Shown: positions 31,004-38,567 of the stretch, in pieces
How positions within the stretch are numbered: position 1 is the first letter of the stretch
Layout: every line of letters begins with the position of its first letter
Origin: Candidatus Doudnabacteria bacterium
Lineage (GTDB): Bacteria; Patescibacteriota; Doudnabacteria; UBA920; O2-02-FULL-48-8
Assembly (NCBI GenBank): GCA_016186915.1
Contig: JACPKU010000006.1
Coordinates: 173,739-237,738, forward strand
Reading direction: 5' to 3'
DNA: 64,000 bases
The notes under the pieces: generated by a model
What the model saw: the letters and a program-made list of their open reading frames with translations, nothing else
Databases searched by the model: none
What the model was told of the DNA's origin: nothing
Program-made: the position numbers and the translations under genes

Positions 31004-31119
31004 ATTAATTATTTCCTTTCTCCGACGCTTCGGTCGGAGTCCGACTGCAACGTCGAACTTGTTTCACTTACTCGACCATATTAATCTTGTAGTTTATTTG
31101 GTCGGTGTTGAAACCTTAA

Positions 31120-31923
31120 TTAATGAGCACTTTCTGTCACCGGCACAGTCGCTACAGCCAGATACGTCAAAGCCAGCATTGCAAATACAATTGCTTGAAT
31201 CAAGCCAATCAATAATTCCAAAAATATAAACGGCAGTGGGATGAAGTATGCAATCAATCCGGCAATCACGGTTAAGAGCACCTCGCCGGCGAAGATGTTG
31301 CCGAACAACCTCAACGACAACGAGACCATCTTTGCAACTTCGGAGAAAATCTCGATTATCCCCACCCCGAATTCAATCACTGCCACCATAATGCTAATCC
31401 CGCCACGGCGCAGAGAACGATAAATGTCTCCTAGTTTGATGAACCTGTTTGCGTATTTGAAAACCCCGATCGTCACAATGCCGAAAATATGGGAAGCAAT
31501 CACGGCTAAAACCGCCATCGCCAGCGTTAGGTTCAAATCGGAAGTGGCGGGGCGAAAAACCGGCACCAACTCCAGGTGTCCGCCCTGGATTAACCAGCGG
31601 CCGATTGAACCAGTGCCCGGAATCAACCCCATCCAATTGGAGAGCAAAATAAACAAAAAGATCCCGCCGACAATCGGCAAGAACTTCAAAGATTTTTTAC
31701 GATCCTGGGTGACGCGGTCTACATAGCCCAGCATATATTCCAAAGTCGCTTCGGCGAAATTCTGTACCCCGTGCGGAATCAAAGCGGTCTTGGTCCGCAA
31801 AATCAAGCCTGTAATCACAAAAAACAAAAGGGCCAACGTAGAATTGATATACGCGTTGGTCACAGGAAAACTTCCGAGTTGGAATATTGGTTCTGCGACT
31901 AATGATGGGAGCGCTAAAATCAT
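31120..31923 (-). CDS. atpB: F1Fo ATP synthase subunit a
   Basis: It has LSLRLFGNIFAGEVLL and the conserved Arg region. Confidence 0.85.
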   Translation of the reverse strand: MILALPSLVAEPIFQLGSFPVTNAYINSTLALLFFVITGLILRTKTALIPHGVQNFAEATLEYMLGYVDRVTQDRKKSLKFLPIVGGIFLFILLSNWMGLIPGTGSIGRWLIQGGHLELVPVFRPATSDLNLTLAMAVLAVIASHIFGIVTIGVFKYANRFIKLGDIYRSLRRGGISIMVAVIEFGVGIIEIFSEVAKMVSLSLRLFGNIFAGEVLLTVIAGLIAYFIPLPFIFLELLIGLIQAIVFAMLALTYLAVATVPVTESAH

Positions 31924-32153
31924 TTAATTAGTTCTTTAATTCTTTTGGTCAGCCAAATGGTGGTGCTGATAATGGCGATCAAGATGGCAATCAGCGTTAG
32001 CCAAGGATCAGTGTCGAATTTCTCATCTAACCATTTGCCGATGAGCCCAAATCCGACTAAAGGGAGAGCAATTATAAACCCAAGTTCGAACGCGAGATTA
32101 ACAAGGCGCCATTTGCTCAAGGACTGGTCTGGTTTTTGTTCGGAATTTTGCAT
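31920..32153 (-). CDS. atpI: AtpI/AtpZ-like small membrane protein preceding atpB
   Basis: It is a 77 aa two-transmembrane protein in the position of atpI. Confidence 0.5.
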   Translation of the reverse strand: MQNSEQKPDQSLSKWRLVNLAFELGFIIALPLVGFGLIGKWLDEKFDTDPWLTLIAILIAIISTTIWLTKRIKELIK

Positions 32154-32244
32154 ACCTTTTTAATTTAGCGCGTCAAGTTTAGCAGAAAAAACCAAATCTA
32201 GCAAGACTGCCAAATTTTGTGGGGGTTGACATTTAAGAAAAATA

Positions 32245-32290
32245 CGTGGTGGGTGGTTAACTCAAAGGTAAACCAACCCACCAGTCGTGC
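32245..32290 (-). terminator. Intrinsic terminator after the GC-rich islet ORFs
   Basis: The minus strand reads GGUGGGUUGG...CCACCCACC followed by ACGUAUUUUUCUU. Confidence 0.5.
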
Positions 32291-32292
32291 GC

Positions 32293-32565
32293 CTAGCGGA
32301 GACGGATCACCATCGCCGTCGTGAAGGACTGCTGTCCTGCGTCAAAAAACTCCTGCAAGGAGCACCCCGCCTGTTGCATCGCAAGTTGAGCCATCGTGCC
32401 GTCCAGTTCAGTTGATGTCACTTCAGCAACCGGCTTCTCATAGCAAGCCGCGATTGTTCGCCTCACACGGCCCAGCTCCCGACCACCTGGTTTGTCCACG
32501 GCAACGAGGTCCACATCTGAACCGACCCAGTTTCCGAGTCCTCCGAGTTGGTGCCAGAATTCCAT
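32293..32565 (-). CDS. Hypothetical 90 aa protein in the GC-rich (about 55%) islet
   Basis: It begins MEFWHQLGGLGNWVGSDVDLVAVDKPGG. It is probably the frameshifted continuation of the adjacent 45 aa ORF. Confidence 0.35.
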   Translation of the reverse strand: MEFWHQLGGLGNWVGSDVDLVAVDKPGGRELGRVRRTIAACYEKPVAEVTSTELDGTMAQLAMQQAGCSLQEFFDAGQQSFTTAMVIRLR

Positions 32566-32577
32566 CGGGTCAGATCT

Positions 32578-32715
32578 TCAGACGCAGCCCTTGATCCCTC
32601 GAAGTTCCACGAGACTAATTCCGTAGTGAAAGATCTTGGCTGGGATGTCTGTCTCTTCTTTCACCAGCGTGCTGGAGCTGGAGATCACCGTAATGGGGCG
32701 AAAACCCTTCTTCAT
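32578..32715 (-). CDS. Hypothetical 45 aa ORF with a strong SD (AGGAGG-5 nt-ATG) in the GC-rich islet
   Basis: It reads MKKGFRPITVISSSSTLVKEETDIPAKIFHYGISLVELRGIKGCV. Its stop codon lies 15 nt upstream of the start of the next ORF. Confidence 0.3.
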   Translation of the reverse strand: MKKGFRPITVISSSSTLVKEETDIPAKIFHYGISLVELRGIKGCV

Positions 32716-32766
32716 GTAATCCTCCTAGGTTTTGACCATTGCACAGAAGAATTATCGCTCTTCTCT

Positions 32767-32790
32767 ACAATCGTCTTGGAGCCGACCGTC
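32767..32790 (-). pseudogene. Isolated tRNA 3'-end fragment (…GTTCAAGTCCGACGGTCGGCTCCA), about 80% identical to the tRNA-Thr 3' end
   Basis: Its acceptor 3' strand (GGTCGGC-T-CCA) is perfectly complementary to the 5' acceptor strand of the partial tRNA at 32935-32990. No T-stem can form. Confidence 0.5.
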
Positions 32791-32859
32791 GGACTTGAAC
32801 CCCGGTAGTAGAACACTTCGTGTTCACTACGGGGCAGGCCTCCAACTTTACCCCGTACC
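32791..32859 (-). other. Long imperfect hairpin (CCCCGTAGTGAACAC-GAAG-TGTTCTACTACCGGGG) plus spacer within the rearranged tRNA-Thr locus
   Basis: It is directly visible. It shares the CCCCGTA start with the inverted repeats that flank tRNA-Thr. Confidence 0.4.
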
Positions 32860-32934
32860 GAATGCTTGATGGAGCCGGCTGTCAGATTTGAACTGACGAC
32901 CTACCGCTTACGAAGCGGTTGCTCTACCCCTGAG
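32860..32934 (-). tRNA. tRNA-Thr (anticodon CGT), flanked by a 14 nt inverted repeat (CCCCGTACCAGAATG ... CATTCGGTACGGGG)
   Basis: The reverse complement is GCCGGCTTAGCTCAGGGGTAGAGCAACCGCTTCGTAAGCGGTAGGTCGTCAGTTCAAATCTGACAGCCGGCTCCA. Confidence 0.85.
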
Positions 32935-32990
32935 CTAAGCCGGCATTCTGGTACGGGGCTACGGTTTACGATACCGTTGCTCTACCATTG
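32935..32990 (-). pseudogene. 5' half of a second tRNA-Thr(CGT)-like gene (acceptor GCCGACC, D-arm, anticodon arm ACGGT-ATCGTAA-ACCGT) lacking a T-arm
   Basis: The reverse complement is GCGCCGACCTAGCTCAATGGTAGAGCAACGGTATCGTAAACCGTAGCCCCGTACC. Its matching 3' acceptor strand lies 145 nt downstream, beyond the intact tRNA-Thr. Confidence 0.5.
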
Positions 32991-32994
32991 AGCT

Positions 32995-33045
32995 AGGTCG
33001 GCGCGTTGGTGCAGGCTGCTGTTATGATACTGCTGCTCTACCATT
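32995..33045 (-). pseudogene. Second, more degenerate copy of the same tRNA 5' half
   Basis: AATAGCTCAATGGTAGAGCAGCAGTATCATAACAGCAGCC aligns with CTAGCTCAATGGTAGAGCAACGGTATCGTAAACCGTAGCC. Confidence 0.45.
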
Positions 33046-33097
33046 GAGCTATTTTGGTGTATTCAATTACAATTATACCACATATATCACAAAAAAC

Positions 33098-33136
33098 AGC
33101 CCAAACCCTATGTTTATATTTTCCGCGATCGTTGTA
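33098..33136. repeat. 39 bp perfect direct repeat, copy 1 (CTATGTTTATATTTTCCGCGATCGTTGTAATTATAAACA)
   Basis: It is identical to the sequence at 33737-33775. The two copies bracket the PaaX-like gene. Confidence 0.8.
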
Positions 33137-33168
33137 ATTATAAACATCGGACCCCTTCTCAAATAAAA

Positions 33169-33720
33169 TTAAAATAAGCTAAAAATACGTCTTAGTTTTT
33201 TAGCAATGTCTATCTCTCTTGCAGTTACTAAGGTCACAAAGGGTCTGATCTCATATACTTCTTTCAAAAAAGTAATCACGTCCTCACAAGGATAAGGATG
33301 TACCCAAGCGCTCTTCTGTAACTGGTGAAACCCAAGTTCCTTAAGTTTCAAACGAAAATGGTCTCTAGCTAACCTAAATTTTTCGGGAATGTCGAATATC
33401 ACCAGCCGCCATTGCTTATCCCACCTCAAAGGTTTTTTTAATTCCAGGTTATCCAAATTATACCTCAATACTTTTTCCTCTCCCTTTTTTGTCAACGTGA
33501 CGACGACTTCGTCTCCCTCATATCCAATCCCAACCATACCCTGTCGTTTCAAATATCCCAGTGTTTGGCTAACTTTCCTCTTATTATATTTATTTTCCAG
33601 TTGTAATTCCTCAGCGATTGCCATAAATACTAAGGGGCCGGCAACTGGGACAGCTAATAACCCCGCCGCCGCTAGCATCAGCAAAATATCTTTTACGATT
33701 TTGGTGTTCTTAACTCTCAT
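33169..33720 (-). CDS. PaaX-family-like regulator: an N-terminal transmembrane segment, a winged-helix region and a PaaX-C / Cas2-VapD-like C-terminal domain
   Basis: It contains LGYLKRQGMVGIGYEGDEVVVTLTKKG and, in the C-terminus, WRLVIFDIPEKFRLARDHFRLKLKELGFHQLQKSAWVHP. Confidence 0.4.
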   Translation of the reverse strand: MRVKNTKIVKDILLMLAAAGLLAVPVAGPLVFMAIAEELQLENKYNKRKVSQTLGYLKRQGMVGIGYEGDEVVVTLTKKGEEKVLRYNLDNLELKKPLRWDKQWRLVIFDIPEKFRLARDHFRLKLKELGFHQLQKSAWVHPYPCEDVITFLKEVYEIRPFVTLVTAREIDIAKKLRRIFSLF

Positions 33721-33736
33721 TATTTATGTTTCTCAG

Positions 33737-33775
33737 CTATGTTTATATTTTCCGCGATCGTTGTAATTATAAACA
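33737..33775. repeat. 39 bp perfect direct repeat, copy 2
   Basis: It lies 17 nt upstream of the PaaX-like start codon and overlaps the Nudix stop codon. Confidence 0.8.
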
Positions 33776-34168
33776 ACAAGTCTTATAATTTATCAACACC
33801 GGCTCAAGCCAATCCGGAACCTCTATCTCAAAATTGCTTAAATCTTCCCACTTATATTCCTGATGCTCGTGGGAAAGCAGGATGCTATCGGACTTTTTCT
33901 CGCACAGGAAAAACAAAAGCGTGATGATCTGTCCATCCTGCCTGGTGAAGTGCTGGACATCCAGAGGTAGAAGTAATTTAATGTCCAAATTGGTTTCTGC
34001 CTTGGTTTCGCGGACTAAACCGGTTCGTGGATCTTCTCCAAGATCCACTCTCCCTCCCGGCAAATCCCACTGATTGGCATTGTGCGGATCGTCTTTGCGC
34101 CTGCGGATCATCAACAACTTTCCATCCTCAACTATAAATGCTTTTACCCCAATCCGAAAATTGATCAT
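33767..34168 (-). CDS. Nudix hydrolase
   Basis: The Nudix box reads GGRVDLGEDPRTGLVRETKAETNL. Confidence 0.8.
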   Translation of the reverse strand: MINFRIGVKAFIVEDGKLLMIRRRKDDPHNANQWDLPGGRVDLGEDPRTGLVRETKAETNLDIKLLLPLDVQHFTRQDGQIITLLFFLCEKKSDSILLSHEHQEYKWEDLSNFEIEVPDWLEPVLINYKTCCL

Positions 34169-34169
34169 A

Positions 34170-34808
34170 TCACTTTTTGCCAGCCCTTTTTAAAACATCA
34201 ATGGAACTTTTATCCTTGCTTATTTCTTTAAGCCAATAGTCTGTCAGTTCTTTGATTACTTTTTTGGTGTGTTTGTTTCGAATTTTACTTATCATTTTCG
34301 GTAATGCCTTGCCCAAAATATCATCGTCGTCATTTTTATAATGGCCGGAGTATCTCAAAAAGTGCCCACATTCCATATAGTCGGCCATTTTGAAAATCCA
34401 AGCTTCATCAGTTTTCGGATCAAGCATCTCTTTTGCCAGTTTCCTAAAATATTTTTCATCCTCTCCAAAAAACTTGCCTATAAATTTATGGTTTTCCTCT
34501 TCAAATGCTTTTGCCTTCACTCTGGCACGCTTATTAAGCTCAACATAAATCCTGGAAATATCACCGCCGAACAACTCTCCCAAATCGTGAATCAGCGCAT
34601 ACTCCAAAACTTTCTGGATATCAATTACTCCGCCCTGGTTTTTAATATGTCTAGCCAACTGCCAGGCGATCATTGTTACTAAATAATGGTGCTCGGCGAG
34701 ATTGCTCAACTCATAACTTTTTACATCACTAAGAGCATATCCGTATTGCGGTTGGGTTCTGGTTAATTCGAGTAGTCGAAATAAATCGGGTAAGTTTTTC
34801 ATAATCAT
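34170..34808 (-). CDS. HD-domain phosphohydrolase (YfbR-like 5'-deoxynucleotidase family)
   Basis: The H...HD motif reads HHYLVTMIAW...ALIHDLGELFGGDI. The start is taken at an internal Met, because the track N-terminus overlaps tRNA-Gly. Confidence 0.6.
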   Translation of the reverse strand: MIMKNLPDLFRLLELTRTQPQYGYALSDVKSYELSNLAEHHYLVTMIAWQLARHIKNQGGVIDIQKVLEYALIHDLGELFGGDISRIYVELNKRARVKAKAFEEENHKFIGKFFGEDEKYFRKLAKEMLDPKTDEAWIFKMADYMECGHFLRYSGHYKNDDDDILGKALPKMISKIRNKHTKKVIKELTDYWLKEISKDKSSIDVLKRAGKK

Positions 34809-34862
34809 CTCTTTTTTGGAGCACGATACGGGAATTTCACCCCGCACCAAATTAATTAATCT

Positions 34863-34936
34863 TGGAGCGAGCGACGGGAATCGAACCCGCGTCTCAACCT
34901 TGGGAAGGTCGTATACTGCCATTGTACTACGCTCGC
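34863..34936 (-). tRNA. tRNA-Gly (anticodon CCC)
   Basis: The reverse complement is GCGAGCGTAGTACAATGGCAGTATACGACCTTCCCAAGGTTGAGACGCGGGTTCGATTCCCGTCGCTCGCTCCA. Confidence 0.8.
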
Positions 34937-34957
34937 AAAAATTTTGGTGCGGAGCAG

Positions 34958-35000
34958 GCCCATGCCTAAACCTTGGGAAGGTCTCGTACTGCCATTATAC
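34958..35000 (-). pseudogene. Degenerate partial duplicate of the tRNA-Gly 5' half, about 20 nt upstream of the intact gene
   Basis: taaaccttgggaaggtctcgtactgccattatactaatcccgc aligns with tcaaccttgggaaggtcgtatactgccattgtactacgctcgc. Confidence 0.5.
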
Positions 35001-35008
35001 TAATCCCG

Positions 35009-35851
35009 CTATTTTACGATTTTCCAAACCGGCAAGTTTTGGGTTTGGTGCTCAAACCATTGATCAAACCCGCTGGTTTCCACCAAAATATGCTTAACCT
35101 GCCAAACTTTCGCTTCGCCTTGACCATTGGATTCAACTGGGTAAAGCAGATGATAGCCAAACCTGCTCACCACGATCTGGTCCAACACCGCGCCAATTTG
35201 GGCTTGGTCAATTTTATTAAACAATTCCGGGATAATTTCATGTTCCTGGACAAATCCCAAATCTCCGCCAAATTGCCCAGTCAGTTTATCATCGCTTTTC
35301 TCCCGCGCCAAGTCTTCAAAACTTCGTCCTTCATTCAGCTGCCTTTGAATATCCTTGATTCGATTAAATGCGTTACTGTTCATCTCAAAGTTTGAGTTGA
35401 AACGAATCTTTAGTGCCGCAGACAAAGCTTCGGGCTCAACCACGAATTTTTCAAACAATTTTTCCTGTCCGGAAAAATGATCCTTGACCAATTTAATATA
35501 TTCATCATTGTTGTTGGTCTTGAAAAACAAAAACTCATCGGTTATCTTTCCACTGTCATAATCCACCCTTAGTTTCCTCACCAGGCTTTCCATTTTTTTC
35601 GCGCTGATCAGTTGATCAATCACAGTTTTTTTGGAAACGGTACTGTCTAAGCTTCTGGCAATTTCAAACGCTTTATCTAACTCATATATTGATATCAGGC
35701 GCTCCCGGACCACCACGGCTGGATAGATTTTTTTGAAGGTTAAACTCAGCGGGTCATGAAAATCAGCAGCGTAGGCGATAAACGCAGTCAAAGCAAAAAG
35801 CACGAGCACTCCCAAAATAATTACGATGGTCAAATAAATCTTGTGCGCCAT
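35009..35851 (-). CDS. Membrane-anchored PpiC/parvulin-type peptidyl-prolyl isomerase (PrsA/SurA-like)
   Basis: It has an N-terminal transmembrane segment and the parvulin block GGDLGFVQEHEIIPELF...GYHLL. Confidence 0.7.
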   Translation of the reverse strand: MAHKIYLTIVIILGVLVLFALTAFIAYAADFHDPLSLTFKKIYPAVVVRERLISIYELDKAFEIARSLDSTVSKKTVIDQLISAKKMESLVRKLRVDYDSGKITDEFLFFKTNNNDEYIKLVKDHFSGQEKLFEKFVVEPEALSAALKIRFNSNFEMNSNAFNRIKDIQRQLNEGRSFEDLAREKSDDKLTGQFGGDLGFVQEHEIIPELFNKIDQAQIGAVLDQIVVSRFGYHLLYPVESNGQGEAKVWQVKHILVETSGFDQWFEHQTQNLPVWKIVK

Positions 35852-35859
35852 GCTGATGA

Positions 35860-36225
35860 TTAGGAACTAAAAAAATAATCAAACCACTTGCGAGGGTTGG
35901 AAACCGTTTGCGGCTCCGCTGGCTCGTTTGCCTCATCCGCCCTGCCAACTGGCAGGGCAACCACAAACTCTCCTTCTTTCTTTAAGTTTAACTGTTCTCT
36001 GGCCTGTCTTTCTTTATACTCCGGCGTGTCGAGGTATTTAATCAACTCAGACAATTCCAAATTTTTTTGGTTAATTTTTTCGGCTTCCTTTTCCAACTTT
36101 TTAATTTCGCTGTCGACCTGATACTTTTGGATAAAAATCCTGGCACTGCCAACCATCACCAAAACCAAGGTCAGTCCCAAGACAAAAGTCGCTAATCTGG
36201 ATTTAAGAAATTTGACAAAATCCAT
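35860..36225 (-). CDS. FtsB/DivIC-like septum formation initiator
   Basis: It has a single transmembrane segment plus a coiled coil (IKKLEKEAEKINQKNLELSELIKYLDTPEY). Confidence 0.5.
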   Translation of the reverse strand: MDFVKFLKSRLATFVLGLTLVLVMVGSARIFIQKYQVDSEIKKLEKEAEKINQKNLELSELIKYLDTPEYKERQAREQLNLKKEGEFVVALPVGRADEANEPAEPQTVSNPRKWFDYFFSS

Positions 36226-36339
36226 ATGCGTATCAAAAACTTGATGAGATGAAGAGCGGGAACAGGGTAAACAAAAGCATGCCCACAATCATAATCAGAG
36301 CAAATATGATCCAAATTTTTTTTAATAGTTTTCTATTTC

Positions 36340-38565
36340 TCATTTTTTTAATATTGCCAAGAATGCTTCCTGCGGTATATCCACTGAACCGACCCGCTTC
36401 AGCCGCTTTTTGCCTTTCTTCTGTTTTTCCAGAAGTTTCATTTTTCTGGTCACATCGCCGCCATAGAGTTTGGCTGTCACGTCTTTGCGCATGGCGGGTA
36501 TGGTTTCGCGAGCGACTATTTTGGATCCGATCGCGGCCTGCAGCGCCACTTCAAACTGCTGTCGGGGAATCACAGTCTTAAGCTTTTCTACCAGCGACCG
36601 CCCTTCTGATTCAGCCACTTCCTTATGGACGATCAACGACAGCGCGTCCACTTTTTCTTGTGCCACCAGAATGTCCAGTTTAACCAGCTCCGCCTCCCTT
36701 AGATCCAAAAGTTCGTAATTCAGAGAAGCGTAGCCAGAGCTGATACTTTTAAGTTTATCATAAAAATCAATAATGATGTTGGCCAGCGGAATTTCAGCGG
36801 TTATCATCACTCGATCCTCTCTGACGTAGTCAGTATTTTTATAAATCCCACGGCGCGCGGTAATCAGTTCCATCACTCCCCCAATGTATTTTTGTGGAAT
36901 CAAAATTTCCACCAGCACCCATGGTTCCTCCACGCTTTCTATGTGTGACGGATCAGGCAATTCGGCCGGGGTGTGGACGATTTTCGAATCCCCATTTTTT
37001 AAATTCACCTTGTATTCCACGGAAGGAGCGGTCAGAATTAAATCGAGATCGTACTCGCGCGACAGCCGTTCCTGCACAATGTCCATATGCAAAAGCCCCA
37101 AAAATCCCGCTCGGAATCCAAACCCGAGAGCGGGTAAATTTTCTGCCTCAAACTCGAGTGCCGCGTCATTGAGCTTGAGTTTGTCCATTGCGTCTCGAAG
37201 CAGCGGGTAGTCGTCGCCGCTGGTCGGAAAGATGCTCGCATAAACCATGGGTTTGACCTGTTTATACCCGGGCAGTGCTTTCGCTGTATTGCTTGATTGG
37301 AGCGTGGTTACTGTATCTCCTACCCGCGCTTTGCGCACTTCTCGCAAGCCGGTCACAATATAGCCGACCTCTCCTGTTGCCAGCTCAATCGCTGGAAACA
37401 ATTTTGGTTTAAAGAAACCAACTTCCAGAGCCTGCGACTGCGTTTTGGTGCCCAACATTTGGATTTTTTCATTTTTTTTCAACTGTCCGTCAACAATTCT
37501 GACAAATATCACCACCCCGCGGTGTTGATCGTACTTTGAATCAAAAATCAAAGCCCGTAGCGGCTGATCCTCTTTTCCGTTCGGTGAGGGAATCCGAGCC
37601 ACTATCTGCTGTAAGATCTCCTCTACGCCCTCGCCGGTTTTGCCGGAAGCAAACAATATGTCCTCTTTCTTAAACCCAAAAACATTAACGATTTCTGCTG
37701 CCGTCTTTTCGCGCTCGGCATTTGGCAGGTCGATTTTATTAACCACGGGAATAATCTTTAATTTATGCTGCTGGGCCAAATGCACGTTGGCAATTGTCTG
37801 CGCTTCTATGCCTTGCGTGGAGTCAACGACCAAAATCGCTCCTTCACAAGCGGCAAGCGAACGGGAAACTTCGTAAGTAAAATCTACGTGTCCGGGGGTA
37901 TCTATTAAATTCAATACGTACACAGACTCAGGCGGACTGGACGCGGACTGGTCGGAATTTATTAGCCTTTTAATTTCAGCTCCATCAGGTCCAAAATTTA
38001 CAAGTAATGCCAGTTTATGCGGGGTTCCCTTTAAATAATTCCATAATTGTGCTTCTTCTTTTCTACCAATAAGCGGCAATGCTTTGATCTCTAAAATTAT
38101 TTTATTATCAACTAGAAAATCTGGACGGTAAACGCCAACCTTCGCGCCCTTATAAGAAACCGTAATCTCTTTTTCCTGAACAAAGGGTATACTTCTCTGT
38201 TTAAGCTCCAGAGCCAATGCTTTTTGATAGACGTTTTCCTTATGACCGCTTCCAAGCTGTTTCCTAACCTCAAAAATCGCACCTCTAACACTATAACTCA
38301 GGTCTTCATAGAGCAGTCCTTTGTCTGCATTAGTCTGTTTGCTGTCAGCGTTAGTCTGCGGCGGTGTCCACTCCATCCGAACTGGCTGCAGCTTAATAGT
38401 AATCCCCCGCTCGCGCTCCAAATCCATGGTGTCCAAAAGCTGGTCCTTCATCTCCCGTTTGGCCAAAGTGTGCGTCACTTCCAAAAGCCGATCCGCCAGC
38501 GTGGACTTGCCGTGATCAATGTGGGCAATGATGCAAAAATTACGGATTTTTTCTGCTGCAGACAT
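36340..38565 (-). CDS. lepA: Elongation factor 4 (LepA) carrying an in-frame, roughly 140 aa GxxExxY (PD-(D/E)xK superfamily) domain insertion in the G domain
   Basis: LepA blocks are present (IIAHIDHGKSTLADRLL, DTPGHVDFTYEVSRS, the C-terminal LepA_C KMKLLEKQKKGKKRLK). Between GITIKLQPVRMEW and LNLIDTPGH lies an insert reading GAIFEVRKQLGSGHKENVYQKALALEL...YRPDFLVDNKIILEIKA...AQLWNYLK. The start is taken at MSAAEKIRNF, with the RBS GAGGG. Confidence 0.8.
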   Translation of the reverse strand: MSAAEKIRNFCIIAHIDHGKSTLADRLLEVTHTLAKREMKDQLLDTMDLERERGITIKLQPVRMEWTPPQTNADSKQTNADKGLLYEDLSYSVRGAIFEVRKQLGSGHKENVYQKALALELKQRSIPFVQEKEITVSYKGAKVGVYRPDFLVDNKIILEIKALPLIGRKEEAQLWNYLKGTPHKLALLVNFGPDGAEIKRLINSDQSASSPPESVYVLNLIDTPGHVDFTYEVSRSLAACEGAILVVDSTQGIEAQTIANVHLAQQHKLKIIPVVNKIDLPNAEREKTAAEIVNVFGFKKEDILFASGKTGEGVEEILQQIVARIPSPNGKEDQPLRALIFDSKYDQHRGVVIFVRIVDGQLKKNEKIQMLGTKTQSQALEVGFFKPKLFPAIELATGEVGYIVTGLREVRKARVGDTVTTLQSSNTAKALPGYKQVKPMVYASIFPTSGDDYPLLRDAMDKLKLNDAALEFEAENLPALGFGFRAGFLGLLHMDIVQERLSREYDLDLILTAPSVEYKVNLKNGDSKIVHTPAELPDPSHIESVEEPWVLVEILIPQKYIGGVMELITARRGIYKNTDYVREDRVMITAEIPLANIIIDFYDKLKSISSGYASLNYELLDLREAELVKLDILVAQEKVDALSLIVHKEVAESEGRSLVEKLKTVIPRQQFEVALQAAIGSKIVARETIPAMRKDVTAKLYGGDVTRKMKLLEKQKKGKKRLKRVGSVDIPQEAFLAILKK
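37915..38367 (-). other. Inserted GxxExxY nuclease-fold domain within lepA
   Basis: It shows the signature G-H-K-E-N-V-Y and the downstream D...E.K-like blocks of the PDDEXK_3/GxxExxY family. The LepA reading frame continues uninterrupted. Confidence 0.7.
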
Positions 38566-38567
38566 GG

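Noticed and set aside
32280-32760. The GC-rich islets could be rRNA fragments or structured ncRNA.
   Set aside because: Three of them have unmistakable protein homology (purH, DksA/TraR) or SD-ATG-ORF-terminator organisation. Only the 21997-22135 block was kept as a possible ncRNA or att remnant.
32767-32990. Annotating the two separated tRNA-Thr-like halves as a functional split or permuted tRNA.
   Set aside because: No T-stem can form in the 3' piece and bacteria lack the archaeal splicing/ligation system. It is kept as a low-probability alternative inside the tRNA-Thr finding.
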